64,000 bases of DNA. It comes from an uncultured Gammaproteobacteria bacterium. Lineage in GTDB: Bacteria > Patescibacteriota > Microgenomatia > Levybacterales > GWA1-39-11. Where the stretch lies: NCBI GenBank assembly GCA_964406795.1, contig CAYOTA010000002.1, forward strand, positions 17,549 through 81,548, read 5' to 3'. Numbering within the stretch: the stretch's first letter is position 1; every line of letters begins with the position of its first letter. This document shows, piece after piece, positions 1-8,303 of this stretch. The translations under genes were made by a program, and so were the position numbers. Below the pieces are notes generated by a model, which was not told the origin of the DNA, did not search any database, and was given only the letters and a program-made list of their open reading frames with translations.

Positions 1-753
1 CTATAGTGAAACCAGTGGCCAGAGGTTTCATACAATTCTTTTTTATTAAGTATTGGCGTAGATATTTCCTGGTAACCATATTTTTTATGGACCTCACGGG
101 AAAAATCTAGTAACTGGTTATACAGAATAAAACCTTTTGGCAGCCAATACGGCATTCCTGGAGATGTTTCGTGGAAGATAAATAAATCCAATTCTTTGCC
201 TAATTTTTTGTGATCCCTTTTTTTTGCCTCTTCAAGTTGTAAAAGATACTCATTTAGCTCTTTTTGTGTTGAAAATACTGTGCCATAAATGCGGGTTAAC
301 ATTTTGTTTTTTTCGTCTCCCCTCCAGTAAGCTCCCGCCAGTGACAACAATTTAAATGCTCCTATATCTTCCTTTGGATTCTCAGAGTGTCCGCCTCTAC
401 ACAAATCCTCAAAATACCCGGCTTTATACAGTGTTATTTTTTCTCCCTTATCTTCAATATCCGCAATTAATTCCAACTTGTAAGGATTATTCTTATAAAT
501 TTCGCGTGCTTCCTGGAGCGTTACTTCGCGATGTGTAAACTCATTCCAGTCGTTTAGCGTCTTTGCCATCATCTTTTCAATTTTGGGTAAATCCGCGTCT
601 GTAACAGGGTTTGAAAAATCAAAATCGTAATAGAATCCTGTGTCTATTGCAGGTCCTATGGTAATTTTGGTGTCAGGCCAAATTCTTAAAACAGCGGCTG
701 CGAGTAAATGAGCAGTTGAATGTCTTATATGCTCTAAATTATTTGAATTCATA
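1..753 (-). CDS. thrS: Threonyl-tRNA synthetase, N-terminal part (gene continues past window start)
   Basis: Minus-strand translation from ATG at 753 gives MNSNNLEHIRHSTAHLLAAAVLRIWPD...KKRDHKKLGKELDLFIFHETSPGMPYWLPKG. HxxxH editing-domain motif and the RDHRKLG...SPG.PFWLPKG class II core entry typical of ThrRS. No stop before position 1. Confidence 0.8.
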
Positions 754-770
754 TGTGTATTGTATCAATA

Positions 771-1394
771 TCAAAGTCCTCTCACAACGGCCGGTGGTTT
801 TTGAATAATCCGCAAACGTTCCGTAGGACTCATTTGCTGCATCCGTCTTAAGTGATTTCGCCCATCAATGGGATATTGACTTCTGTGAGCGCCTACCGCC
901 CGTCTTTTTGATCTCATTGTGTGCCGAATATCTACTTCTTGTGCCGGAATCATAGTTTGGTCAGGAATAGGAATAAAATATGGCTCCCACAATTCCTTTT
1001 CTTGCCTACTCATAGATCTCCAGGTTAAAAATTTTGCTTGTTCTGATCTGCTAAAAAGTACACTTGAAACTCTGGATGCTGTCATATGATCTGGGTGTCC
1101 AGTGTATCCATGAAAGTCAAAACTAACTATGTTATCGAATGCATGTATATCCACATACTTTCCTATTTGATCAACTGCAGGTTGTATTTCATTTTCAGTG
1201 AACTTCCCATCTTCAAAATTTAAGAATATAGTTTCTCCAATTCCCAATACTTTACTTGCTTGAAGTTCCTCACCTTTTCTTCTTCCTTGGTCTGTTAAGA
1301 TTACGGAAGTTGTAGAGCTTCCTGCCGCGTGTAAAAGCTTGGTATATCCACCAATTCCAATTGCTATGTCGTCACAATGGGCAAAAACCAGCAA
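771..1394 (-). CDS. PIG-L / LmbE family N-acetylglucosaminyl deacetylase. Start uncertain: longest ORF reaches 1559, but PIG-L proteins begin just before the AHxDD motif, so a TTG near 1394 is more plausible.
   Basis: LLVFAHCDDIAIGIGG (AHPDD-like motif) and HPDHMTA (second His motif) of the LmbE/PIG-L fold. Confidence 0.65.
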   Translation of the reverse strand: MLVFAHCDDIAIGIGGYTKLLHAAGSSTTSVILTDQGRRKGEELQASKVLGIGETIFLNFEDGKFTENEIQPAVDQIGKYVDIHAFDNIVSFDFHGYTGHPDHMTASRVSSVLFSRSEQAKFLTWRSMSRQEKELWEPYFIPIPDQTMIPAQEVDIRHTMRSKRRAVGAHRSQYPIDGRNHLRRMQQMSPTERLRIIQKPPAVVRGL

Positions 1395-1521
1395 ATTTTT
1401 TGCTGGAATTGGCCCCGCGTACAGTCCCGCAGTAATTGCCTTTCTGTTTCTCGAGCGTAATATTGTGTTTCTATTTTTCCCATAATCCTTCGATACCCTC
1501 AGGTTTGTGTCATTTAGACAT

Positions 1522-1543
1522 AAAAAAACCTCCCAGTGGGAGG
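1522..1543 (-). terminator. Intrinsic terminator (minus strand): CCTCCCACTGGGAGG hairpin followed by T7
   Basis: Plus strand AAAAAAACCTCCCAGTGGGAGG. Member of a repeated terminator family (see 3057, 3554, 4410). Confidence 0.6.
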
Positions 1544-1658
1544 CTGTTTGTCTACACAAAAGACAACCTCCTAGGAGATTTTTGTGCAGCGAGTATTTTT
1601 TACAAATTTCATATGTGGCTTAGTATATACCGTTTTTATTTTTCTTGTCAAGGATTAT

Positions 1659-1916
1659 TTAACGTTTTGGTGTGGGAGTGGGACTGACAAATGGAAGAAG
1701 CTCAACATCTTTTTGCTTTGTGTTTTGATCAATTTCGGCAATGAAGCTTCCAATAATAGGAATAAAGTCTGATTTTGAAACTATAAATCCTAAAACTGCT
1801 ATAAATAAAATTGCGCCAAAGGCTGTTCCCAGACCCCAAAAAAGCCCTCCAATGAAATTATTTAAGATCATTTGCTTTTTACTGACTGGTCGAGTTACTT
1901 TTTCATGTGGCTGCAT
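1659..1916 (-). CDS. Small membrane protein (85 aa), uncharacterised
   Basis: ORF with hydrophobic core GGLFWGLGTAFGAILFIAVLGFIV. Followed by its own hairpin terminator. Confidence 0.5.
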   Translation of the reverse strand: MQPHEKVTRPVSKKQMILNNFIGGLFWGLGTAFGAILFIAVLGFIVSKSDFIPIIGSFIAEIDQNTKQKDVELLPFVSPTPTPKR

Positions 1917-1997
1917 ACCTATAGTGTAGCAGAAAAAATGTAAGAAGAACGTGTGAGCCTAAAAGTAAAACATGATTTTTTAATAGTGCGCGCACTT

Positions 1998-2047
1998 GGG
2001 ATTGATACCCGTGACCTCATTCAATGTCAATGAAGTATCTTCTACCC
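1998..2047 (-). pseudogene. Partial, diverged duplicate of the tRNA-Val(GAC) anticodon-arm to T-arm segment
   Basis: Minus strand ...CTTCATTGACATTGAATGAGGTCACGGGTATCAATCCC. Shares the exact 13-mer TCATTGACATTGA and the GAGG.CAC...T-arm pattern with the adjacent tRNA-Val. No D-arm and no acceptor pairing. Confidence 0.4.
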
Positions 2048-2060
2048 TTCCTTAAATTTG

Positions 2061-2137
2061 TGGTGGACCTGACAGAACTCGAATCTGTGGCCTCGTCAAT
2101 GTCAATGACGCGCTCTAACCAACTGAGCTACAGGTCC
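2061..2137 (-). tRNA. tRNA-Val (anticodon GAC), CCA encoded
   Basis: GGACCTGTAGCTCAGTTGGTTAGAGCGCGTCATTGACATTGACGAGGCCACAGATTCGAGTTCTGTCAGGTCCACCA. Cloverleaf with 7-bp acceptor, D-arm GCTC/GAGC, anticodon loop TTGACAT, T-loop TTCGAGT. Confidence 0.85.
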
Positions 2138-2293
2138 GCAATTTTAAAGTGGCTTTTGCGACTGAGCCACGTTGCAATTTTAACAAACCGTAGCTTATTA
2201 CACAATTAACCAAGGAGACGCATTGTAACCAACCCAGGCAAAATATGCGCTTGTGCGCGGTATGGGTGCACTACATACCGCGCCATGCCTAAG

Positions 2294-2959
2294 TTATTTT
2301 CCCCTTGGAACACGGGCTACAATAGTTACCGGATTATTCGGTGTTATAATTTCTCCTTGTCTATTAAAATGCAGCGGCGAGAATGCTGTCACTCCATTTC
2401 TTAAATGTTTTTCAGGAACGGTACCTGTAGTAATTCCAGCGTCTACTTTGCCTTCCTTAACATCTAGTACTAACTGACTTTTAGTCAGATGGGTATCTTC
2501 TACTGTTACTCTGAAATCTCTGAAATGTTCTTTTCCCAAAAGATTAACAACGTCAACTCCATTCAACTCTGACAAAGCAATTCTAGTAGGATCTTTTCTT
2601 CTGGATTCAGGTGTAGATATTTCTACAAAATGTCTAATTCCTGTTGCGTTTGCCATATGGATGTTTGTGGAGTCTATTGTTAAAGGTCTTACTTGTGTTC
2701 TTTCAGGAATTGATGCATGTTTTCTTTTTAGTTCAGTTAATTTATCCTTACTTCTTCCTGTTTCTTTTTCATGTAACTTTCTCCTTTGGGCCGGTGTAAG
2801 CGTCCTTTCTGCCTTGGGAGTTTTGCCGGCTTCTTTTTCAGCCTTTGCTTTCTTTTCCATCCTTTTTTTCAAAATAAGTTCTGCATCTTCTGTATGCATG
2901 TAAGGCATTAAATTTAATCTGGCTATTTCACCAGGTATGTCTAATATTTCTTTACTCAT
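2294..2959 (-). CDS. Hypothetical protein (221 aa), Lys/Glu-rich N-terminus
   Basis: Long ORF. The AGGTG of ...GATCGGAGGTGAATTATTATG lies 9 nt upstream of the start. Terminator downstream. Confidence 0.6.
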   Translation of the reverse strand: MSKEILDIPGEIARLNLMPYMHTEDAELILKKRMEKKAKAEKEAGKTPKAERTLTPAQRRKLHEKETGRSKDKLTELKRKHASIPERTQVRPLTIDSTNIHMANATGIRHFVEISTPESRRKDPTRIALSELNGVDVVNLLGKEHFRDFRVTVEDTHLTKSQLVLDVKEGKVDAGITTGTVPEKHLRNGVTAFSPLHFNRQGEIITPNNPVTIVARVPRGK

Positions 2960-3056
2960 AATAATTCACCTCCGATCATTTTTCCGTCAGACGGAAATAA
3001 AATGAAGAAAAATGATTGATCCTGAAGGCCGAGGCCTGAAGGACAACATTTTCCCA

Positions 3057-3081
3057 CAAAAAAAACCTCCCCTTAGGGAGG
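3057..3081 (-). terminator. Intrinsic terminator (minus): CCTCCCTAAGGGGAGG + T8
   Basis: Plus strand CAAAAAAAACCTCCCCTTAGGGAGG. Confidence 0.6.
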
Positions 3082-3209
3082 TCGTGGTGCTGTCATTCTG
3101 GCACTACATTACCTCCCGGATAGGGGGTGTAAAGTAATACCAAAAAGCGTTTATTTGCATAGTAACCATACTAACACAAAATAAACGCTCTTTGCAATAA
3201 GTTTTCCAA

Positions 3210-3479
3210 TTATTTCCCTGGAGCTTTCCAAACTACTCCCTCTTTCGGTAAAGAGGCAACAATTTTTCTGTCAACTTCAGTTAGCCGTTCTGGAAACGCA
3301 GTTTGAACTTTAGGAGCATTTACTCCTTTTGGCTCAGATACTGATGCGAATCCTCTTACTTCTCTATCTTCAGGAAAGATAGAAGCTATATTATTAGGCA
3401 TAACTCTAAATTTATTAAAATCATTACTCGCTCCATCTGCTCTAAAACTACTTCCATCAAATTTTGTTATTTCGCTCAT
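3210..3479 (-). CDS. Hypothetical small protein (~90 aa). True start is the internal ATG with a GGAGGTG RBS; the ORF-track start at 3584 lies inside the upstream terminator and is discounted.
   Basis: AAAGGAGGTGATTATAATATGAGCGAAATAACA... gives MSEITKFDGSSFRADG... Confidence 0.55.
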   Translation of the reverse strand: MSEITKFDGSSFRADGASNDFNKFRVMPNNIASIFPEDREVRGFASVSEPKGVNAPKVQTAFPERLTEVDRKIVASLPKEGVVWKAPGK

Positions 3480-3482
3480 ATT

Positions 3483-3553
3483 ATAATCACCTCCTTTCAA
3501 ATCACTTCGATAAATCTCAGTGCCACGCTTGAGGTTTACCTCAAATTTTGGCA
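3483..3553 (-). promoter_or_regulatory. Conserved leader/promoter module copy B (GTGCCAAAATTTGA-hairpin-CGTGGCACTGAGATTTATCGAAGTG)
   Basis: Near-identical module at 4342-4409. Shared CTGAGATTTATCGAAGT. The hairpin differs between copies with compensating changes (GAGGTAAACCTC vs TCCCGATTTAATCGGGA). Confidence 0.5.
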
Positions 3554-3578
3554 CAAAAAAACCTCCCTTTTGGGGAGG
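3554..3578 (-). terminator. Intrinsic terminator (minus): CCTCCCCAAAAGGGAGG + T7
   Basis: Plus CAAAAAAACCTCCCTTTTGGGGAGG. A second hairpin (CTTACCGGTTGGTAAG, 3605-3620) lies between this and the stop of the upstream gene. Confidence 0.6.
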
Positions 3579-3697
3579 TCGCATTTTTCCACGAAAACCT
3601 CCCCTTACCGGTTGGTAAGAAGAAGGTTAGGTAAAATTACATTAATTTTCGCGTTCATAAAACATATATTATCAAGTGAAGTTAATTGTGTCAAGTA

Positions 3698-4339
3698 TTA
3701 AGCAACGGCGTGTGCTACGCCTGGCATCATATAATTGCCCAAAGTTCTCACATGACCATCAGGTGTTATCGGGATAATCCCAGCTGAGTAAAGTGATCGC
3801 ACCATTTTTCCCATTTGTGAGCTAGGTTCTAAAGGGGTATCTAAATTTGGCAAGTTATCCAGGAGTGCCACCGACCAATCACCTTCACTCATTTTGGCTA
3901 TATGTCCGGAGCTTAACTTCATGCCACCCTGCACTCGTTCCCTATAATCAATTGAATTATTTAGATATGTGTGGAGCTTTGCAATTTTGTTTGTTGGATC
4001 TATTTTACCCCATTCTATAATTAGTTTTCTACCTGTAGTGTCTAGGGTAAAATATGCAGAAACAGGTCTTTCAAATGCCATCTCTGGCTCGTGCATAGCC
4101 GTATTGTTATTTAAGCTAAAGACAAGCGTTCTTCTTAAGTATGCAGCTCGTGCCAGATCTGGACTTATTAATGCATCGTTCACCGCAGCAAGTTCCACCT
4201 GACGTACCTCATCAAGTAAATGTGGCCTCATGGGGACAATTGCCCTTCCAATAGTTACCCCGTCAACAGATTCAGTTGAAATAATTGGTCGTAACCGTCT
4301 TTGTACTTCTATATGTGGTTTTTCAAATTCTAAGTTCAT
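3698..4339 (-). CDS. Hypothetical protein (213 aa), no recognisable family
   Basis: Clean ORF between a conserved leader (upstream) and terminator hairpins (downstream). Confidence 0.6.
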   Translation of the reverse strand: MNLEFEKPHIEVQRRLRPIISTESVDGVTIGRAIVPMRPHLLDEVRQVELAAVNDALISPDLARAAYLRRTLVFSLNNNTAMHEPEMAFERPVSAYFTLDTTGRKLIIEWGKIDPTNKIAKLHTYLNNSIDYRERVQGGMKLSSGHIAKMSEGDWSVALLDNLPNLDTPLEPSSQMGKMVRSLYSAGIIPITPDGHVRTLGNYMMPGVAHAVA

Positions 4340-4341
4340 AT

Positions 4342-4409
4342 GTTTTTAAATACTTCGATAAATCTCAGCACCACGTTTTCTCCCGATTAAATCGGGATCA
4401 AATTTGGCA
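4342..4409 (-). promoter_or_regulatory. Conserved leader/promoter module copy A (GTGCCAAATTTGA-TCCCGATTTAATCGGGA-GAAAACGTGGTGCTGAGATTTATCGAAGTATTTAAAAACAT-ATG)
   Basis: See copy B. No Shine-Dalgarno in this copy; the motif ends 13 nt before the ATG. Confidence 0.5.
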
Positions 4410-4434
4410 CAAAAAAACCTCCCAACATGGGAGG
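4410..4434 (-). terminator. Intrinsic terminator (minus): CCTCCCATGTTGGGAGG + T7
   Basis: Plus CAAAAAAACCTCCCAACATGGGAGG. Confidence 0.6.
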
Positions 4435-4548
4435 TTTGCAAAATAGCATTAAGCCTCCCGGGTTAGGAAGTAATAATGACTAGTGTGTTAGAAAAGATTC
4501 TCACGATTAAAATATTTTACACTAATTAAGCGTCCAGTCAAGAGGATG

Positions 4549-5178
4549 TTAGCCGGTTTGAGTTTGCACTGTGCGCTCGTTATTGAGCGTAAATGAGGTA
4601 CCATGTTTTTTTGCCATAGATTTATATTGCTGTTGCTGTTTCTTGGATTTTTTAGTTTGCAGCCATGAATTTCCTTCTTCCATTTTAATTCTTGCAGACC
4701 TCAAAAGAGTCAAAATAAAAGTAAAAAATGTTTCATGATATTTACCTGCATTGACTATTTTTTGCTCAGCGTTTACTGACTTAAAGGTTGTTTGTAGTTC
4801 AGCGCTTACAGACATTAACTTTCTAATCTCCATTCTAATGTCTTCCACTTTACGCTGGGTTTCAGCATCTCTTTGCATTCCAGGCGCTATGTCTGCGTTT
4901 TTAACAGTTCTGAAATACTCCATGTGAGCCTCAGTAACCTGTTTTTTTTCTTCCTTGGGTTGCTCTTTCTTTAATGACTGAGCCTCTCCAGGCTTCAGTT
5001 CATGTGCGTATGAGCCTGAAAGTTGTCCTATGATGTCTTTGCTTCCGCCACCCAAGAGATCTTTCCATAGGGAGTCAAGGCCGGCATTAGAAATATCGGA
5101 GATAGAGGCGTTAACGCTTGTGTGTTTAGCCTCAATTGATTCTTCGTGTAGCTTGTGTTTTACTGCCTTTTTTTGCAT
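4549..5178 (-). CDS. Hypothetical coiled-coil protein (209 aa), Lys/Gln-rich
   Basis: ORF. TATAAT-like element GAGGTATAAT 17 nt upstream of the ATG. Confidence 0.55.
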   Translation of the reverse strand: MQKKAVKHKLHEESIEAKHTSVNASISDISNAGLDSLWKDLLGGGSKDIIGQLSGSYAHELKPGEAQSLKKEQPKEEKKQVTEAHMEYFRTVKNADIAPGMQRDAETQRKVEDIRMEIRKLMSVSAELQTTFKSVNAEQKIVNAGKYHETFFTFILTLLRSARIKMEEGNSWLQTKKSKKQQQQYKSMAKKHGTSFTLNNERTVQTQTG

Positions 5179-5382
5179 ATGTTGTGCTGGGGCATATTAT
5201 ACCTCAAATGCACAACCGATTCAAACTGCGCAGTAATACCCCGCAGTTTTTTAACGGCAAAATACAATATAACTATATTTTGAATATGTTGTCAAGAATG
5301 GAAAAATAGCTAGCCGTACTTAAATTTTAGCCAGGAAATCGAGGGTTTTTTGCTGCCTAATAGTGAAGCTAAAGACAGTTAC

Positions 5383-6213
5383 TTATATCTTGGCTAAGAA
5401 ATCTAATGTTTTTTGCTGTCTTATAATGCTTGCTAAAAAATATGGATTTTGAAGTAACTGCTGTTTTTGGTTTTCATCCTGAATTCCCTGTAAAGCCTCA
5501 TCTATGTCTGCTTTTTCAACACTAATGTTTTCAGTATCAGCAATTTTTCGGAGTACAAATTCTAGTGCTAAGTCTTTTTTAGCACGTGATTCAGCCTCAG
5601 TTTTCATGTCTTCTGCTGTTTTTCCTCTGGAGCTCAGATATTGTTCAAGTGTTAATCCTAGTGATTTAAGCTCATCCAGTGTTTGAGATAACAGTCTTTG
5701 GGCTTCTTGTTCATATAGAACTTTTGGAATTTCTACTTTACTTGAATTACCTACTGCATCCAATATGTCATTTACGTTAGGCTTAACATCTTCTCTTCCT
5801 GGAACGGTAATTTTGGATTTAGCAGTTATTTGAGAAACAGCATCTTTATAATTACCAAGTGTTACTTCTGGAGCCTCACAAAGTTCTGCTGTGAACACTA
5901 AATCTGTACCGTCTTCAAATGTTTCTACATGTACGCGGGGAGTTATAATTGGGGTTATGTTTTGTTCTTTTACAGCTTCGTTATATGCTTTGCCCAAAAC
6001 GTCTTTTAAAACTTCTTCCTGAACTACTTCTTTTTTCAAATGCGGCTCGGCAATGTTACTTGGCGCAACACCTTTTCTAAATCCGGGGATAGTAATTTGC
6101 TTCACTAACTCCCCTACTACTTTCGTGCGTGCATCTTCCACTGTCTTCCAAGGAACGGTAATTTTAAGGGTAATTGTTTTATCTTCTGCAATAGTTTTTT
6201 CAACCATAAGCAA
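5383..6213 (-). CDS. tig: Trigger factor, short form (N-terminal ribosome-binding and C-terminal chaperone domains, no PPIase domain)
   Basis: ITIPGFRKGVAPSNI matches the trigger-factor GFRKGKVP signature loop. 276 aa versus about 430 aa for full-length Tig. Confidence 0.8.
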   Translation of the reverse strand: MLMVEKTIAEDKTITLKITVPWKTVEDARTKVVGELVKQITIPGFRKGVAPSNIAEPHLKKEVVQEEVLKDVLGKAYNEAVKEQNITPIITPRVHVETFEDGTDLVFTAELCEAPEVTLGNYKDAVSQITAKSKITVPGREDVKPNVNDILDAVGNSSKVEIPKVLYEQEAQRLLSQTLDELKSLGLTLEQYLSSRGKTAEDMKTEAESRAKKDLALEFVLRKIADTENISVEKADIDEALQGIQDENQKQQLLQNPYFLASIIRQQKTLDFLAKI

Positions 6214-6288
6214 TTATTATACTGCACAAGTTACAATAAATCTAGAGTGGCTCGATATATGTGGATTTCTTTAGTATAATAATGGTGC

Positions 6289-6369
6289 GCGGATGTGGTG
6301 AAATGGTATACACGCTTGGTTTAGGACCATGTGCCGAAAGGCGTGGAGGTTCAAGTCCTCTCATCCGCA
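6289..6369 (+). tRNA. tRNA-Leu (anticodon TAG), class II with long variable arm, no encoded CCA
   Basis: GCGGATGTGGTGAAATGGTATACACGCTTGGTTTAGGACCATGTGCCGAAAGGCGTGGAGGTTCAAGTCCTCTCATCCGCA. Acceptor GCGGATG/CATCCGC, anticodon loop TTTAGGA, variable stem GCC-GAAA-GGC, T-loop TTCAAGT. One U-U mismatch in the anticodon stem. Confidence 0.75.
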
Positions 6370-6372
6370 CAC

Positions 6373-6714
6373 TTATGCTTTTCTGGTTTGGAGGCGGAAT
6401 GGCCGTTGAGTCCAACTTTCTTTTATATGTTCTTTTACTGGTACCCCTGACCTCCAGGTAAAGGACTCTTTCTTAAGTGGTGTACTTGATCTCGTAAGCC
6501 AAGCCGAGTTAATTTTTTCTCCACTGAGTCTTATGCCCGGTGATAAGCCCAGAGCGTCGTTAATTTCTACGGTATTGTCATCTATGACCGATAGTGTGTG
6601 TAGTGTAGTGCTTCCTAAGCATCTAAGACGATTTTCGACTGTTCCTGGTGAAAGAACCACAGGCTCTTTATCAACGAGTCCATAAATCCATGATGTAGTG
6701 CGTTCTATAGTCAT
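6373..6714 (-). CDS. Hypothetical protein (113 aa); weak call
   Basis: ORF only. Confidence 0.3.
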   Translation of the reverse strand: MTIERTTSWIYGLVDKEPVVLSPGTVENRLRCLGSTTLHTLSVIDDNTVEINDALGLSPGIRLSGEKINSAWLTRSSTPLKKESFTWRSGVPVKEHIKESWTQRPFRLQTRKA

Positions 6715-6745
6715 AATGTTGAATAGTATCTTGTATTTACCTATT

Positions 6746-7294
6746 TTACAAGTTGGGAGTGAGATATGCTTTTGCCGACAATGCTAGGTATTCAGTATTG
6801 ATCTGGTTCATAAAACTGTTAACTCGCACTGCCCACGTAGGTGACTCCGCATAAATAGGACCAATTTCCCATACGTCTTTTGCTCCCCATTTATCCATGT
6901 AGTTTGTTTTTAGCTTTGAGTTAATCTGATTGATTCCATCTTCCCATGAATCGAAGTAGATTCTTCCACTACCCCATCCGTATGCGTTGTAAGTTCCTTC
7001 TATATAGCGTTTTCCAAAAGAAGATTCAAGTCCTGCAATTGAGGGTAAAAGTCTCCAATCAACACCATGCTTATCTGCAGCCTTAATATAACTCTTAGCA
7101 TATGGTGTTAAAGGCGAATTATACTTATTTAGTATGTTTGTGAGCGCTTCCACACGGTAATCCGATGTCTCTTTTGCACCTATTTTTAAAGGTGTGAGAG
7201 CGGCTGATGAGGCTGCGTTAGTTGAGGCTTCTATGTTTGTAGGAGTAAAACTTACAACGAGTAAAAGTGTTATATGTAGAATAATTATTTTCAT
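6746..7294 (-). CDS. Secreted protein, putative cell-wall glycoside hydrolase (lytic transglycosylase/muramidase-like); paralog of 7565-8248
   Basis: Signal peptide MKIIILHITLLLVVSF. KHGVDWRLLPSIAGLESSFG parallels KYGLDWRLIPAIAMQESTLC in the neighbour (SLT-like ...ES motif). Confidence 0.5.
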   Translation of the reverse strand: MKIIILHITLLLVVSFTPTNIEASTNAASSAALTPLKIGAKETSDYRVEALTNILNKYNSPLTPYAKSYIKAADKHGVDWRLLPSIAGLESSFGKRYIEGTYNAYGWGSGRIYFDSWEDGINQINSKLKTNYMDKWGAKDVWEIGPIYAESPTWAVRVNSFMNQINTEYLALSAKAYLTPNL

Positions 7295-7564
7295 AAATAG
7301 TTAAAACAGTTAAATGGTCATATCCATTCAGCTATTCAAGCTATCTAAGGCTCTACTCCAATAAGTTTAAAAATTAACTTGTGGTTCTCATTCAGATCAA
7401 TTCCGATTTCAAACCATAAAAAAATCCTGAAGAAGTTTTGGGCTACCTCAGGATGTAATGGGTATTGTAACATAAAACTATCGGCTTGTCAAGTTATCCA
7501 CATTTGAAACTTAAAGCTTATTTATGAAGGAATTATTGCGTATTAAAACTACTATCGGATTATA

Positions 7565-8248
7565 TTACATTGATTCTTCTATTCGGCTCATAACAAGTGT
7601 TACCTTGTCAGCCCAGGTGGTGCTTCCGGGGGTATAACGAGTTACAATTTCATGAGGTTCTGAAAGACCTCTTTTTTCTTTATATTCTGTGGCGAGCGTT
7701 TTTGTAACGGTTTCAATTGCCTGGCCATAGTTTTTAAACCTGGTTACTTTGCTTCCATAAATTCCAAACCCCCAACAATTATTTGAATTTTTGGGAGTTT
7801 TTTTACATAAGGTTGATTCCTGCATGGCTATGGCCGGGATTAGCCTCCAGTCAAGACCATATTTATCAGCTGTATTTACAATATGCTCTGAGTACGGTTC
7901 TAATGGTGATTCATACCTTTTGAAAAATTCCCGCAGTGTTTCAACTCTAGCTTCTGTTTCCTGTGTTGTATAGGTAGTAGTAGTTACAGCTTCTGGAATT
8001 GCCTGAAATGATGAACTGGAGGCAATTTTGGTGACCTTTTGAGTTGTAACCCCCATGGTTAAAAGATAATATCCTATAAGAGAGAGTGTAAGCATAGGAA
8101 GCAACATCATATATATCCCAAGCATTATAAAATTACGAGGCTTAATGTGTACTTGTTTTGCGTGTAAAACAATTTCAGGAAGCGGTGTTATGTGAGATTC
8201 TGAGTTCAATTCTTGCTTTTTTTTGTACGTTTTTGAAAATAATCCCAC
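7565..8248 (-). CDS. Membrane-anchored paralog of the putative lytic transglycosylase/muramidase-like protein
   Basis: N-terminal TM MLGIYMMLLPMLTLSLIGYYLL. ADKYGLDWRLIPAIAMQESTLC. Domain shared with 6746-7294. Confidence 0.5.
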   Translation of the reverse strand: MGLFSKTYKKKQELNSESHITPLPEIVLHAKQVHIKPRNFIMLGIYMMLLPMLTLSLIGYYLLTMGVTTQKVTKIASSSSFQAIPEAVTTTTYTTQETEARVETLREFFKRYESPLEPYSEHIVNTADKYGLDWRLIPAIAMQESTLCKKTPKNSNNCWGFGIYGSKVTRFKNYGQAIETVTKTLATEYKEKRGLSEPHEIVTRYTPGSTTWADKVTLVMSRIEESM

Positions 8249-8303
8249 AAATATAATATTGTCATATCAACATAATCCTGTCAAGGAAACATAATGTAGC
8301 AGA

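Noticed and set aside
3050-4441. Idea that the repeated hairpin + conserved module units are integron attC sites or a CRISPR-like array
   Set aside because: There is no GTTRRRY core and no imperfect-palindrome attC architecture. The hairpins are followed by T-runs (terminators). The units differ in length and flank full-size genes rather than spacers.
6261-6461. Plus-strand 66-aa ORF
   Set aside because: Overlaps the tRNA-Leu(TAG) gene. The tRNA fold is far better supported.
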